Assembly: GCF_963853765.1 (NCBI RefSeq)
Contig: NC_088860.1
Location: forward strand, 40,734,001-40,798,000
Direction of reading: 5' to 3'
Source: Magallana gigas
Lineage: Eukaryota
DNA length: 64,000 nt
The position numbers were made by a program, and so were the translations under genes. This document shows, one piece after another, positions 50,501 to 63,545 of the stretch (position 1 is the stretch's first letter; each line of letters begins with the position of its first letter). The notes beneath the pieces were generated by a model. It saw only the letters and a list, made by a program, of their open reading frames with translations, was not told the DNA's origin and made no database searches.

Positions 50501-53500
50501 AAAATAATAATATAACATTTAAAGATATCTTAAACCTACACGCTTATTTTGGTAGCTGATACGATATTTCATCGAAGCGCAATTTGCTAATTACAGAAAT
50601 TAATCTTGATTTTTGAACTCCAAAAATCAGGTCATATATTTTTGGATAAAAATTTGTTTTATGAAGCATTTTAAAACTTTTGCTGAGGTGAATACGCAGC
50701 ACAGTTAAGGCTGTCAATAAACTCCGTTCAGACAAAAAGTACGGGAAATGTGCATTATGACATCACAGTATATTACAAACCTCGAAAGTACTTATTAATC
50801 TATTTATTAGTAAAATTAACTTATACTAATCTTTTAATTAAAAACAACAAATGCTATTACTTACAATTTTGATGTCCGTTATATCGTACACACTGAAAAA
50901 TAAGCGAGATGTCGTTCTCGCTGTACTACAAAATATGACGTCATATGCTTCAAAATGACGCATTAAGTTAAATCATTGAAGGCTATCGTGCATTTTTATA
51001 GCGAAGAAAAATAAATGTCATACATTAACGGAAAAGTATAAATGAATATTTTGTTTAAAATTATTATTAGTAGAATGCTACCTATATAGTCTTATTTTCA
51101 TTTTGTTAAAAGTATGCATCGTATAAAGAAGCCACCGCGGTTTTGTATAAAATATCGTATATCTAAAATCTGAGTACCTAAATAAATCACTTAATTGCAA
51201 GGGCATACACTTACCTGATCCCGACAAACTTTTACATGTGAATTTGAAATATGCTATGTAACTTAAAAACTTCTACGATCCTTGTAAAATCTTACAAATT
51301 AATTATTTTTTAATGAAATTAACCCTGTGACCTTCAAAATTATTCAACATATGCATTATAAATTACGGTTTCCACTAACAAATATTCTTATCTTAAAAAG
51401 TTCGCACCGTTTTTCAAAATCTACGATATAACATCAAGTTATTTCATAATTCAGTTGTGAATTTTGACATGATTATACCCTTGCAATATTGAATTTTTTA
51501 AATGACCTCAAAACCACAAATACATCTGCTTGTACCATGCGACTGCCATATCACGTGACCACTATGAACATAAAATATTGTACTGTTATATATATATTTT
51601 AGAAATATATTGCATTTGAGTGACTGTTACTGATTTTAAAAAGGACATGCCTGTTTAACTAAAGTATACGTGTTTTCATCACAAAAATTTGCCCATATTT
51701 TTATTGACCGCCTTAACTGTACTGCGTATTTAAGTTTATTACAGTGAATGGGAGAAAAAATACAGTTTATGTTGCAAGGTCATGATGATTGCATTTAATT
51801 TTACAATTTAATTTATGGCTGTGAATGTAACAAGAACATTACACTAAATTTACAATGGCATAACAGAGACTGTTTGTTCCAATAACATATCATTTATTAT
51901 TGGCGAATGTTACTAGTTATCAAATATGAAAGTATTTAGTGTAAGTTAATGTGGTGAAGTTACAATAAGGACGTGACATGAATGTTAAAACGTCATTAGG
52001 GTAATTGTTACAAGATAATTACTGAAAATCTTCTAAGGTGATTACTGAAACTGTTATTTTTGTAACGGTTACAAGATAATTACTGAAATTATTGTAAGGT
52101 AATTACTTAAACTGTTACAATGTTATTTTTGTAACTGTTACAAGATAATTAATGAAACTGTTGTAAGGTAATTACTGAAACTGTTACAAGGTCGTTAGAG
52201 TAACTGTTACAAGATATTTACTGAAACTTTTTAAGATATTACTGAAAATGTTATTATTGTAACTGTTCCAAGATAATAACTAAAACCAGGCTTGGGGTAA
52301 TGCTAAATGTAATGGTAATGCATTGCATTGCATTACATTTTTTCAAAGTAATGCTAGTAATGTGTAATGCCACAAAATTAGCATTACAAGTAATGGTAAT
52401 GTAATTCATTACTTTCCAAAATCTAGTGTAATGCTAGCATTACACGGCATTACTTTGCATTATTTATTTATTATTTATTACATTTTTTCTATTATTGCAC
52501 TTAATATATCCTAAGATAAAGATCGTCAAACAGTATTTTTCGGTCCAAGCTTCGACTGTTCCTGTAAAACATTTATTTAGTATAGCTGGGAAGATTTTCA
52601 AACTAACAGGATGCGGTTAAAAGATGAACCCTTTGAAACTTCGATCATAAAGTGCAACAGCAATCTATTGTCTTGAGTTGTCCTCAGTAGAAAGAAATAC
52701 GATTTAAAAATATTAAAAAATATAACTGGGAAAAATCATGTTTAATTATAAACTTATACACTTAAGTGTCCAAAATTATAAAGATTTGTGTCATCTGGGG
52801 AAATATCTCTATTCAGCTTTTAATAACCGCAACATTATTCCATAAATTGTTTTTTGTTATGCATGTAATTCTGTGTCTCTATTTCGTATCTGACATTGTA
52901 TCATGGCAAATGTCTATAAATATATAAATGTCTATATATATTTAACTTATTTAATGTTCATAATGCCACAATATAATTATATATTGAGCAAATAAAGAAT
53001 GACTCTTGTATACATGTAGTCATTGAATTTGAACCTGATACTGAGCATGAACCTGAAGATATGTTAAAGAGTGTTTTATATTTGAAACATTTGCAAAAAC
53101 TCTTTGATAGCTTTACTTTAAAAAAAAAGTAATGGTAATGGTAATGCATTACTTTACTCATGTAATGCATTACTTCAAGAAAATCAAGTAATGGTAATAG
53201 TAATTTAATGCCCAAATTCATGAAGTAATGGTAATGTAATGCATTACTTTACAATGTAATTCGCCCCAAGCCTGACTGAAACTGTTGTAAGGTAATTACT
53301 GAAACTGTTACAAGGTTATCAGAGTTACTGTAAGAAGGTAATTACTGAAACTGTTTCAATGTCACTATAGTGACTGTTTTAACTGTCCATGTTATTACGA
53401 CATTTTTAACTACTGTAACTTTAATAAGATATTAATTTAGTAAAAATTAATTGTAATTACTTAGTCCGCGTTCTACATGAATTATAAAATATACTTTTAC

Positions 53501-56285
53501 TAATACCAGTTGAATTTCAAATTAAATATCATTTTGGATTCTATTGCTTAGTATCCGATGACGAGGATATATCGGTCCCCGCCCCTCCACCCCCGCGCCG
53601 GATACCGAACAAGGATGCATACAAGGAGCGACCCCCGGCCCCACTCCCCGGCGAGGACGCCAATAAACCGGCACTACCCACTACCGACATACCCTCAGTA
53701 CCACCCAGGCAAACCGGAAGGGACGTCTCGGCGAAACCCGCCAAAGGTACAATGTGGTCACGTGGTTGTAAAAAAGTTTTTAGAAATAGATGTATGGATG
53801 TTGGACTCATAATCAAAAAATCTTTTAATGTACATCAGTAGCATCTAGATGAATAACACAACATGTAGTAATTCAGATTGTATGCACTTATACACAAAAA
53901 ACATGCATACAAACATTTACTTCGTTTTATCGCCATTTTTCCTTGCAGAAAATGAACACAGGAATGGACAAAGGCCGAGGAGACAATCTGAGGATGCGGT
54001 GGCGAAAGTTCACGTATGTCGTAAACTAATGTCACAGTTGTCAAATAGGAAAATGCACTCATCACAACTTTTCATGCGTTTGCCGACATTATATTAATAC
54101 ATATGTATATTTGGATTTGAACCATGTATCAAATTTGATACACATTATGATTATCTTACAGAAGTTTATTTTTTCTTGCAGAAAGAATTAACAGAAGCTC
54201 TTTCCAATAGGTAGGTTTGTGAGTGGATATTACGTGTGTTGTATGTATTTTTAATGATTGTGATCAGTTATATTTTAGAATGTTGTTCGAAATTTTGACT
54301 AAAATTGATGAAAACTAAAAGCAACCGTCAGTTTCACTTAGTACTGAAATTTAATTTGAATTTGAATTGTCTCCGTTAAGCCTCATAGTGAAGAGCATTT
54401 ACTGTAGTAAAAATTCTAAATTAATATTGACTTAAAATGCTGTCAACATAATTACAATGTAATATTGGCATTTTGTAGTCATTCACGTGGCAAAAGAGGA
54501 TCTAAGGATAAAGAAGAGAGTCCGTTCACTGCGAGGAAGATGGCGGAAACCGTTGTAGATGAGGTATGTTTGTGACAGTTTGTTTCTGCACTTCAGTGCA
54601 GCATCTCTATGTATACTCACATACATTATATTAATATTTTATATAATGAAAGAAATGCAAACAAATTCCGTATAATTACAGCATCTGTGGTAAAACTTTG
54701 ACAGAAATCGCTCTTTAATCGGGCGATTTATTAAATAAAGGCTTTTTTCTTGGTGAGAAGTTATTTCTCTTATCACAGTGATATATTTGCCTTAAATTTG
54801 AATTCTTTATGTGTAATGAAGAACGTACTAAGTCTTAAAGAAATGGAGCCTAGATCATTGTTAACTCTTTCCTAGTTTTTAAATGATTGCTTAGAAAAAT
54901 AATTTAAAAAACGATTGTTTATATATCCCCAATTACTTCCTTATATTATTTTATTACAATGTACATGTATGTCCTTATCAAGAGTTCATCTCGTCTTTGT
55001 AAAATCATGAATTCCACGGCGAACCGTACGCGCATGTAACAATTTGTTGTGTTACCCGTTGCCAAGGGTGTTGCTAACGCTGAGGGTAATAGAACGGATT
55101 ATTAACTTTGTCCTAAATCAATCAGATTTAACAGTATTTAACATGAAAGTATAATAAAAACATAATACATGTACCTTATTGTTGCTTATTGCAGGATGAC
55201 GATGAAGAGGATAGTGAGGACTACTGGGAAAATATTTATTATGATGGCGAGGACAAGGACAAGGCACAAGAGTAAGAGTATTCCGAAATGTCAACTAAAT
55301 ATCAAATGAACTCTACATGTTAACATATTCATAATGCATCTAAGAAGTAAATATCTTTAGTATAACTGAAAACTGTTGACATGACATTTACATAACTCAT
55401 GCACCGAGTTGTTGTTTCTATTTTTTAAATAGGATTATAAGAAACATAGGAGATGATGGCGTGTACCTTGTCAGGACAGGAGCAGATGGCGGACAGGTTG
55501 GAATTTTTTATTTAGATTAAATGAGAAAAAACAGTACACTGTAGTTTAATTCTTATACTTTGCAACCAAGAGAAAATGTTCTCTTGTTACATCAGATTTT
55601 TTTTTTATTAAAGTTTGAGTCGTTATGCTGTACTAGTATTTCTATCTCAACAGGTGCTTGTAGTATATGCTGAAAATATGCCAAAGAAATATAAAATTAC
55701 TAATGAGGTCAGTATAAATCGAGTAAAACGGGTATTATAATAATCATATTGTATTAAATTGGAGATAAATGCATTATTGACTTGACACGTTACTATTTGA
55801 TAAATAGTTACTTCAGAGAAATTCTTTCGTAACATTAGAAGACATATTGGTATATGGTAACCGTTACGCCTTGTTTATCCTTCGGATAAGCTTGCTTTCT
55901 TTTCTTTCTTTTTTTTGGTTTAAAAATTTTTCATGCAAAATATTATATCCAGATGAATTATTGCTTATATTTTAATTCTTGAACTGGTTCCCATTCAAAC
56001 TCGTCCGGAAGTTGAAATGTCCAGATAAGCGAGGCTCAACTGAACACTTTCATGTTTCGGTTACAAAGAGGTACTGTCTATAATAAACTGTTTGCTTGTC
56101 ACATAACTATGCTAAGAAAAAGTTTTGTTTCTTCATTTCAGAATGGAGAATATTACTTAAAGAAAGATGGCCCGCACGCCGATTCGGTGGAAATGTTAAT
56201 GTATGAATATTATACAACAGAACTGCCGACAGCCAAAGCGTGTTTAGAAACTCCTTTTAAACTCCACCCTAAATACAAAGGATAG
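44901..56285 (+). CDS. SH3BP2: SH3BP2-like adaptor, copy 2 (end of coding exon 4 hidden by a gap)
   Basis: join(44901..44940,47082..47168,48197..48299,48753..>48858,50050..50126,50320..50465,53552..53746,53949..54013,54182..54210,54479..54563,55195..55271,55433..55496,55654..55707,56142..56285). The visible protein is identical to copy 1. Confidence 0.8.
48859..49055. other. Assembly gap (197 N)
   Basis: N run. Corresponds to the exon end plus (TC)n of copy 1 (about 34914-35090). Confidence 0.99.
50695..51726. mobile_element. 1032-bp non-autonomous Tc1/mariner-type element present only in copy 2
   Basis: TA duplicated (50693-50694, 51727-51728). 26-bp TIR cgcagcacagttaaggctgtcaataa / ttattgaccgccttaactgtactgcg with 2 mismatches. 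Empty site ggtgaaTAtttaag at 36731-36744. Confidence 0.9.
52287..53274. mobile_element. Non-autonomous hAT-type element (988 bp), copy 2
   Basis: Perfect 11-bp TIR caggcttgggg / ccccaagcctg. TSD actaaaac / actgaaac. Confidence 0.85.
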
Positions 56286-58539
56286 CAAATCAAATTAGGA
56301 AATCCCTCGCTGAATTCCCTGCGGACCTTTAAGCTTTTCCAGTGGCCGTGATACCTAAAGACTTTTCTGTAGCGTTGATCAGAGTGTATTTTTTTATTAT
56401 AAGGTTTTCAGGTTTCCTAAATTAGGAAATGATTTTATTTGATTTCTATTAACAGTCATATTTTCTAATCCTTTGAAAATGTGTCATTTGTAATTTTTGA
56501 CAGTATAAAATTTTGAAAAAATACACGAAAGTCATTACACCGTTGCCGTTTACATTACATTAGTTTGCAAAAGGGTACAAATATCTAAATACAACAATAC
56601 TAATATGCATAATTAAAATAACAAATTAAGCCAATGACTTTTTTCATTCAGAATATAAAGTATTTCGGGTTAGCAAGGTGCTAGATTGGACAGGGTGTTA
56701 CTTTGTTTATTCTAATTCGTGATTTAATATTAGTTATTTATTTGGTATAAGTACATGTATATATTTGTAATCACCTTATGATTGTTAAATGTCTGAATCT
56801 TGTTATAACTTGTATTGTAAAGGAATGAATCTTCAGAGAAATTAGTGTAGTGTTCATGAATGATTTATAATAAACAATATACGAATATTTTTTTAATATA
56901 GCGTGACGTCTTTTTTTTTTTTAACAGACAAACCTACATGAAATTCTTAAGACTGGGGGGGGGGGGGGGGGGGGGGGGGAGTCTGAGACATATAAATTTT
57001 CGATAAGAATTTTATCATATGGGAAAATTTTGAATTTACTGGTACCGGACCCACCCATCCCGCGAAACGCACCCCACCACACAAACCTCTAGATCCGCGC
57101 TTGCATCACTTTCAAGTTTTGCATATATCTATTGCACTCTTGCTCTATAATCCAGATATATGTAGCCACTAGTTTGGTTTATACATGTTCCAAGATACCA
57201 TAACGCAATGGCCCAAGTCATCTAAATATTTTTAAAACGAGCAACGATATCACTCTGATTCAAACAGTTTTGATAAATAAAATATGAATATATCCCTACA
57301 ATTTAGCATTTTTAAAAAACAATTAACACTCTTTAATCATCGAGTTCCTAATAAAGAATGGAGATTTTTTAAAGATTTTTAAAAAGACTTCCCCCGTATA
57401 TAATCTTACGTCAATTTTACAGCCCCCCCCCCCCCTCAACCGTACAATCTATAAACTACTACCTGGGAAGTTTCCATATACAAGTTTCCATTTTATTGTC
57501 CAAATAGTATATTTGAGAAGAACTTTTTTAGCGTGTCAATTTTTTTTATTTCCTAAGTATCCCCCCTTTCAAATTGCTTCCGACGTCTATGTTATATAAT
57601 TTTGGTTTAATGTATCTATAGGCGACGTGGTAGGATGAAAATTCTTCCAGTTGATGTTCATAACAAGAGATGCATGGTGAACTTTTGAACAGATGAAAAG
57701 TAACTTGTATGCATACACAACTTTATGCAAAATTAAATTTATACCTGTGGATGATGTCTGTGAGCGTATATGTTCTATTTGTAATCCTCAATAGCTTAAT
57801 CAAATTATGCATGCCATTTTAGTTTACCTGGGTCACTCAGGTGAAACGTTGCTATCTGCTTTCGTCCATTGTTGTGCGTCGTGAATTTGAACATTTTCAG
57901 CTTCTTCTCTGAAATTACTAGAGTTATATTGACCACATTTGATGTCTAGCATTTAAAGCAGGGCAGCTAGTAGGAAACAGGAATAGGGATATTTTTGACA
58001 CCATCCCTAGGGGCCATACATTTTGGGTATAAACTCCGAAAATTGATGCAATTTATAGAATTCTTCTTCACTACAAGTTTACAGTCTAATATATAATACT
58101 GTAGTCATTATCAAAATATACAGTCTGATATGATAATATGTCCTGTTACTACATAATTCTACTTCATCCTATATTCATTGTATATGTATACATATTTACT
58201 ATTTATTTACTACTTATCTATTCATTTATAAATGTACCTTTGACTTTTGAACTGTGTATAACGATTGACTTCATGTACTTTTTCATGGTTTGAGTGAAAA
58301 AACTAAATTGAAAAAATTGAAAATACAGAAATTGTGAAGTTTATGTCCCTATAGTCAGGAATTATGATGTTACATGTATAGAGCGGGGCGCTGTTGGAAA
58401 AATTTGAATGTACATGCATTAAATCTTTAATAGCCGATTTCCGGGATGCTCTGTTTTACCGTATTGGTTTTACGCACCGCGGTCACGTGACGATACTGAT
58501 TTGTTAGGCATGTTGTCATAATTGTGGACAATTTGTGTA

Positions 58540-58707
58540 ATGGCTAAACCAAATATTTCCAAGTACTGGTGTGTTGTCCCAGGTTGTACGTCAGACGGAC
58601 GTAAAAAGCGGAACCTGGAAAAGTATCCTGCAATGGAAGGAGTCGATTTTTTCCCGTTTCCCACCCGCTTAAAGAACAATAAAATTAGAAAGCGGTGGAT
58701 CTCTCAG
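58540..58707 (+). CDS. N-terminal part of a THAP zinc-finger domain (first exon only; gene or transposon relic)
   Basis: MAKPNISKYWCVVPGCTSDGRKKRNLEKYPAMEGVDFFPFPTRLKNNKIRKRWISQ followed by CAG|GTACAT. C-x4-C, FFPFP and the conserved W fit THAP. No convincing exon with the C-x2-HF half was found. Confidence 0.62.
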
Positions 58708-61700
58708 GTACATTGTTTTTGCAAAAGCAAGCCATGGTACTTAATTTATAATAAATCGTTTTTTAGCCCCTCTATACATAATATATTTAGCGGTGACACT
58801 AAATGCATGGTTATAATGAACAAAGAGGGTTCGATCTTCTAGATTAGTGAAATTAATGATTCCGGGTCAGGATACGTGGGTTTGTAGCTAGCTTGTTTTG
58901 GTTTTGGGGTTGGTTTTTTTTTTGGTGGGGGTGGGGTGGGGTGGGATGGTCTGATATTTTTTACTTAATAAATAACTTATGTGAGATGTCTTAAATCCTT
59001 GTACTGTTTCTTTACATCTAAAAGTAATAATAGTCTACATAAATGGTCAGGGGATGAACATGGAATTTTTCTTCTGTATATCTTATCAGAGGATATGCGA
59101 TAACTTTAACATGCCTGCTGGTCAGTTCATAATTTATGCAATTTATGCAATTCTCGCTGGTCATAATTCTCCAGTACTAAACATTTATTTGGAAAACCAG
59201 AATACCAAATGATTTATTTTCTCGACCCTTCGTTACTTTTATATGAATCTTGCTTTTCCATCAAAACGAACGTGTTACTCTCTCAGTTTATAATACATCA
59301 TCTTTTATCCGGAAGGGGGGGGGGGGTAGTATTCGTTTTAACTTCAATTTCACTCTTGATTTCCTAATTTTCTCTTCCATTTCTTATATGCTCCCCAAAA
59401 AAGTTGGGGGTGGGGGGGGGGGCAACTCCGCTTATAATTCAATATTATAAAAATTCAAAAAAGTGGGGGGGGGGGGGGGCTGCCCCGGTGCTACATGCCT
59501 GCAATTAAAAACTTGTTTAGTGGTTCATGCGGGTATGATGGTATAGTGGTATTGCAAAAAAAACGTATGACGATCGCTACCTTCATAGCCCCCATCAAAT
59601 ATTAGAGAAAATGTTTTATTGTTTACACTTACAACTCTCTTTTAACTAATTAATGAATTAACCGTAAAGAGTAAGTAAAAGTAACTAAACTAATGTTAGG
59701 TACATGTATAACAGTAGGTTGGATAGAGAAAAAAATGTCGTTCTTTTATGTATGGGAATGTATGGGAATTTGAGTCTGACGTAATTTCATGAAGTCAGTG
59801 AAATTCTAGGTTGCTGAATGCTTTGACCGATCAATAAACTGGTCAGAACTGGATTGTGTAGATTTCAGTCCCGTATTTTTTTTATACAGTTGTGAATTGC
59901 AATCGGATTTCTAAAGAAATAGGGTACAAAATTAAATACTCCGTAGTTGTAAATATCTAATTCTTATATGTTGCCATTCTGCAGATGCCTTACGTGGTTG
60001 AATCATACTCAGGTGACTGTTAAGGCCCTTGGACCTCTCATCAATGTGAAAGTGTTTGCTTTCTTAACTTTGGTTTGTTACAGGTTGGTGTGCGTCAGCC
60101 CCACTGGTATATATTATCATTTTGCTGTAAACGGAGAGTATTCATGTTGTCATTTTGTTGGATTTTTTTTTTCAATATTTCAAACTGCAGAGCTAAAGTA
60201 AGGTCCTCGATACCTGCCAAGAAGAGTTGTGATATATAACCCTCAGACTTGGATAGATCCAACACCCCCCCCCCCCCCCCCCCCCGGCCCTCCTTGAACA
60301 AACATGTTAACACATACCCGAACACATATAATTTAAATCTTTTGAACCCTTAGATAAAATAACTTGTTTTGTTCCATTGTAACTCCATTGAAATGTCATT
60401 GGTTTTCCAGGGTTTTTTTAAATACCATTGATTGTGATTTATTTTTCTTGTGTCTTCATCTGACCAGTTTTATGCCTACATGTACCAGTTAAATAGTAGG
60501 CTCATCACTGGACATAATTACACATTTCTCCATGAGCAAACACTATTATACGCTACCTATATAACGAGAACATTTTGCTGAAAACCTGGGTGCACACACT
60601 ATCATCCACCATGGTTATCTGTCCGTGCTCAATCATGCTTTTAATACCCTGATCAACTCATACAACCCGCACAAAGAACCTAGTTGACAAGAAACGAAAA
60701 AAATGTTGCATGAAGGTAAGCATTACATTATCAATATTTGGAATATTTGGATAAAAAAATAATTATTTCTTGTCTTTTTTTCTAAATTGTTGGAATAATA
60801 CAACACTTGAATATTATTGTTTTCAATTATCGTATTAGCAACTGAGTTATATAATATTTTAAGAATCATATCCCAAAAGGAACCTTCTACCAAGCACAAG
60901 TGAAACATTATTTCTGTAATCATTTTATTCAAATCATTTCATTCAAACCATGAAATGGTACATGAGGTCAATCAGTATATACAGTTCACAAGTCAGAGGT
61001 ACATTTTATAAATGTATAGATTGGTAGTCAATAAATAGTTAATGAGAATAAATATAGTTACAATATATACAATGAAAATAGGACTAATATATTAGATTAT
61101 TTTGATAATCAAATAACATAATTTTTTTCCAGATTTGTAACTTTAGTACGAGACATATGTTCACAACACTTCATAGTATTTGTGGTGCTGAACAGAATTT
61201 GTCATCAAGATATTAACGTGTACATATGTCTTAACGTTAACAACTCTTAACATTAAAGAATACATGGAATTCGTCAGCAATTTGACCTGAATTACAGAGT
61301 TTACATACTATATGGTTTAAAGGAATATTTTGCCATCTCCCATTCTCCACTGGGAGATAGTGGTTTGAGCTATAAGTTCAAGGATATCTCCCAAAATTAT
61401 ATAATTTTTTGCCAGTTAAGCTTAAATTTAAACTTGTATTTGGGAATGTAGAGGTAATAATTTAAAGATTTTCAATTTGTTTATAGATATTTAATAAATA
61501 TTCTTTGGCATGCAAAATAAATACACATTGAGTTTATTTGTTAAACAATAAAACGGAGTTTTTTTTCTGTGATTCATGCGGGATATGAAAATGGCGACTT
61601 TCCAGAAAAAATACAAAACCCCCAATACAGGGTTATGTTATTTTTTTCTGCAGTTACCGCTTTACCATCATAACCCGACTGAATCACCGAAGAAAGCTTT

Positions 61701-61925
61701 TTACTATTTATATTAAATCTTTCTTTTAACAAAATATTTTTTGATTGTAAAAAGTAAGTTAAATTAACTGTTAATGTAGACCAGTACGTTAGCTAAAAGA
61801 AACAGCCAAATCGTATCCATTAGTAATTTGAGTCTGACATCATGATTATTTCGTGCAGTCCGTGAGTTTTCTTAGGTCGCTGTAGGTTTCGATCAATCGA
61901 TAAACGGGGCGGGAAAACCGGTCGT

Positions 61926-62885
61926 CTGGTTATTTTAATCCAATCGCCTGGTAATTGTAATCCAATCACCTGATTATTGTAATCCAATCACCTGGTTATT
62001 GTAATCCAATCACCTGGTTATTGTAATCCAATTACCAGGTTATTGTAATCCAGTCGTCTAGTTATTGTAATCCAACTACCTGGTTATTGTAATCCATTCA
62101 CCTGGCTATTGTAATCCAATCACCTGGTTATTGTAATCCAATCACCTGGTTATTGTAATCCAATCACCTGGTTATTGTAATCCATTCACCTGGTTATTGT
62201 AATCCAATCACCTGGTTATTGTAATCCAACTACCTGGCTATTGTTTTACAATCACCTGGTTATTGTAATCCAATTACCAGGTTATTGTAATCCAGTCGTC
62301 TAGTTATTGTAATCCAACTACCTGGTTATTGTAATCCAATCACCTGGTTATTGTAATCCAATCACCTGGTTATTGTAATCCAATCACCTGGTTATTGTAA
62401 TCCATTCACCTGGTTATTGTAATCCAATCACCTTGTAATTGTAATCCAATCACCTGGTTATTGTAATCCAATCACCTGGTTATTGTAATCCAATTACCAG
62501 GTTATTGTAATCCAGTCGTCTAGTTATTGTAATCCAACTACCTGGTTATTGTAATCCAATCACCTGGTTATTGTAATCCAATCACCTGGTTATTGTAATC
62601 CATTCACCTGGTTATTGTAATCCAATCACCTGGTTATTGTAATCCAATCGCCTGGTAATTGTAATCCAATCACCTGGTAATCCAATCACCTGGTTATTGT
62701 AATCCAATCACCTGGTTATTGTAATCCATTCACCTGGTTATTGTAATCCAATCACCTGGTTATTGTAATCCAATCACCTGGTTATTGTAATCCATTCACC
62801 TGGTTATTGTAATCCAATCACCTTGTAATTGTAATCCAACTACCTGGCTATTGTTATACAATCACCTGGTTTAATATTGTAATCC
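61926..62885. repeat. 22-bp satellite (tggttattgtaatccaatcacc), about 43 units
   Basis: Regular 22-bp period with recurrent variant monomers. Confidence 0.96.
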
Positions 62886-63545
62886 TCCCAAGCCTTAAAG
62901 GGGCATGGTCACGATTTTGTTCAAAAATTATTTTTTCAATTTTAATGTTTACAATGCTTTAGTAAGGCATTTTTAATAGGCAATCAAAATTTGAGTGTCA
63001 TTTTATGAGTTATAAGTGAGTTGCAGAGCTTACAACTCTTCGCTATGTAAACAACGCGTTTGTTTACATTTCGAATGTTGAAGTGAAAATTCCAGTTTTA
63101 GACCTAAAATAAATGTGTTAATCGTTAGGAACTGTTTATTTTTTGCTTTAAATGATGAGATAGACAAACCATGAGCCCTGTGTCTTGCTTAACTAACGAC
63201 TGGCACCCAAATTTCATTTGAGCATTAGAAATGCATTCCTAAAGCATTGCAAATAATAAAAACAAAAATAAAATTTGACCAAAATCGTGACCATGCCCCT
63301 TTAAACTTTCCATTCATCTTGTTTTATCTTTTTCTGGTGGATTCTTTCCATTTTCCTTTCGGATCGACAGAATCTCTGGCTATCAATTGGATGTTCTTTG
63401 CCTCGCTGTACAGTTACCCTACAGGAGTAAATAGAAAGGAACGTTTCCCATGCGGGGCTAACCCTGCTGTTGATTCGGTTATGCCAACCTTCAAGGTCGT
63501 TGCTAGAAATATATCGATGCACGAACTGAACTGTTTTCAAACCTT
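62875..63545 (-). pseudogene. Frameshifted C-terminal relic of a Mutator-like (MULE) transposase, interrupted by a Kolobok MITE
   Basis: Minus strand reads NDLEGWHNRIN (NxxEGWH motif of MULE transposases), then in other frames GNVPFYLLL, LYSEAKNI and, across the removed MITE, MNGKFKAWEDY. Confidence 0.65.
62899..63300. mobile_element. Non-autonomous Kolobok-type DNA transposon (402 bp)
   Basis: TTAA TSD (62895-62898, 63301-63304). Perfect 21-bp TIR aggggcatggtcacgattttg / caaaatcgtgaccatgcccct. AG...CT termini. Confidence 0.9.

Larger units (their letters stand above)
44515..58161 (+). repeat. 13.6-kb direct duplication, copy 2
   Basis: Colinear with 30638-44314, with scattered substitutions and indels. 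Confidence 0.97.

Noticed and set aside
61926-62885. CRISPR-like or coding repeat
   Set aside because: Head-to-tail 22-bp monomers without spacers and no sustained ORF.
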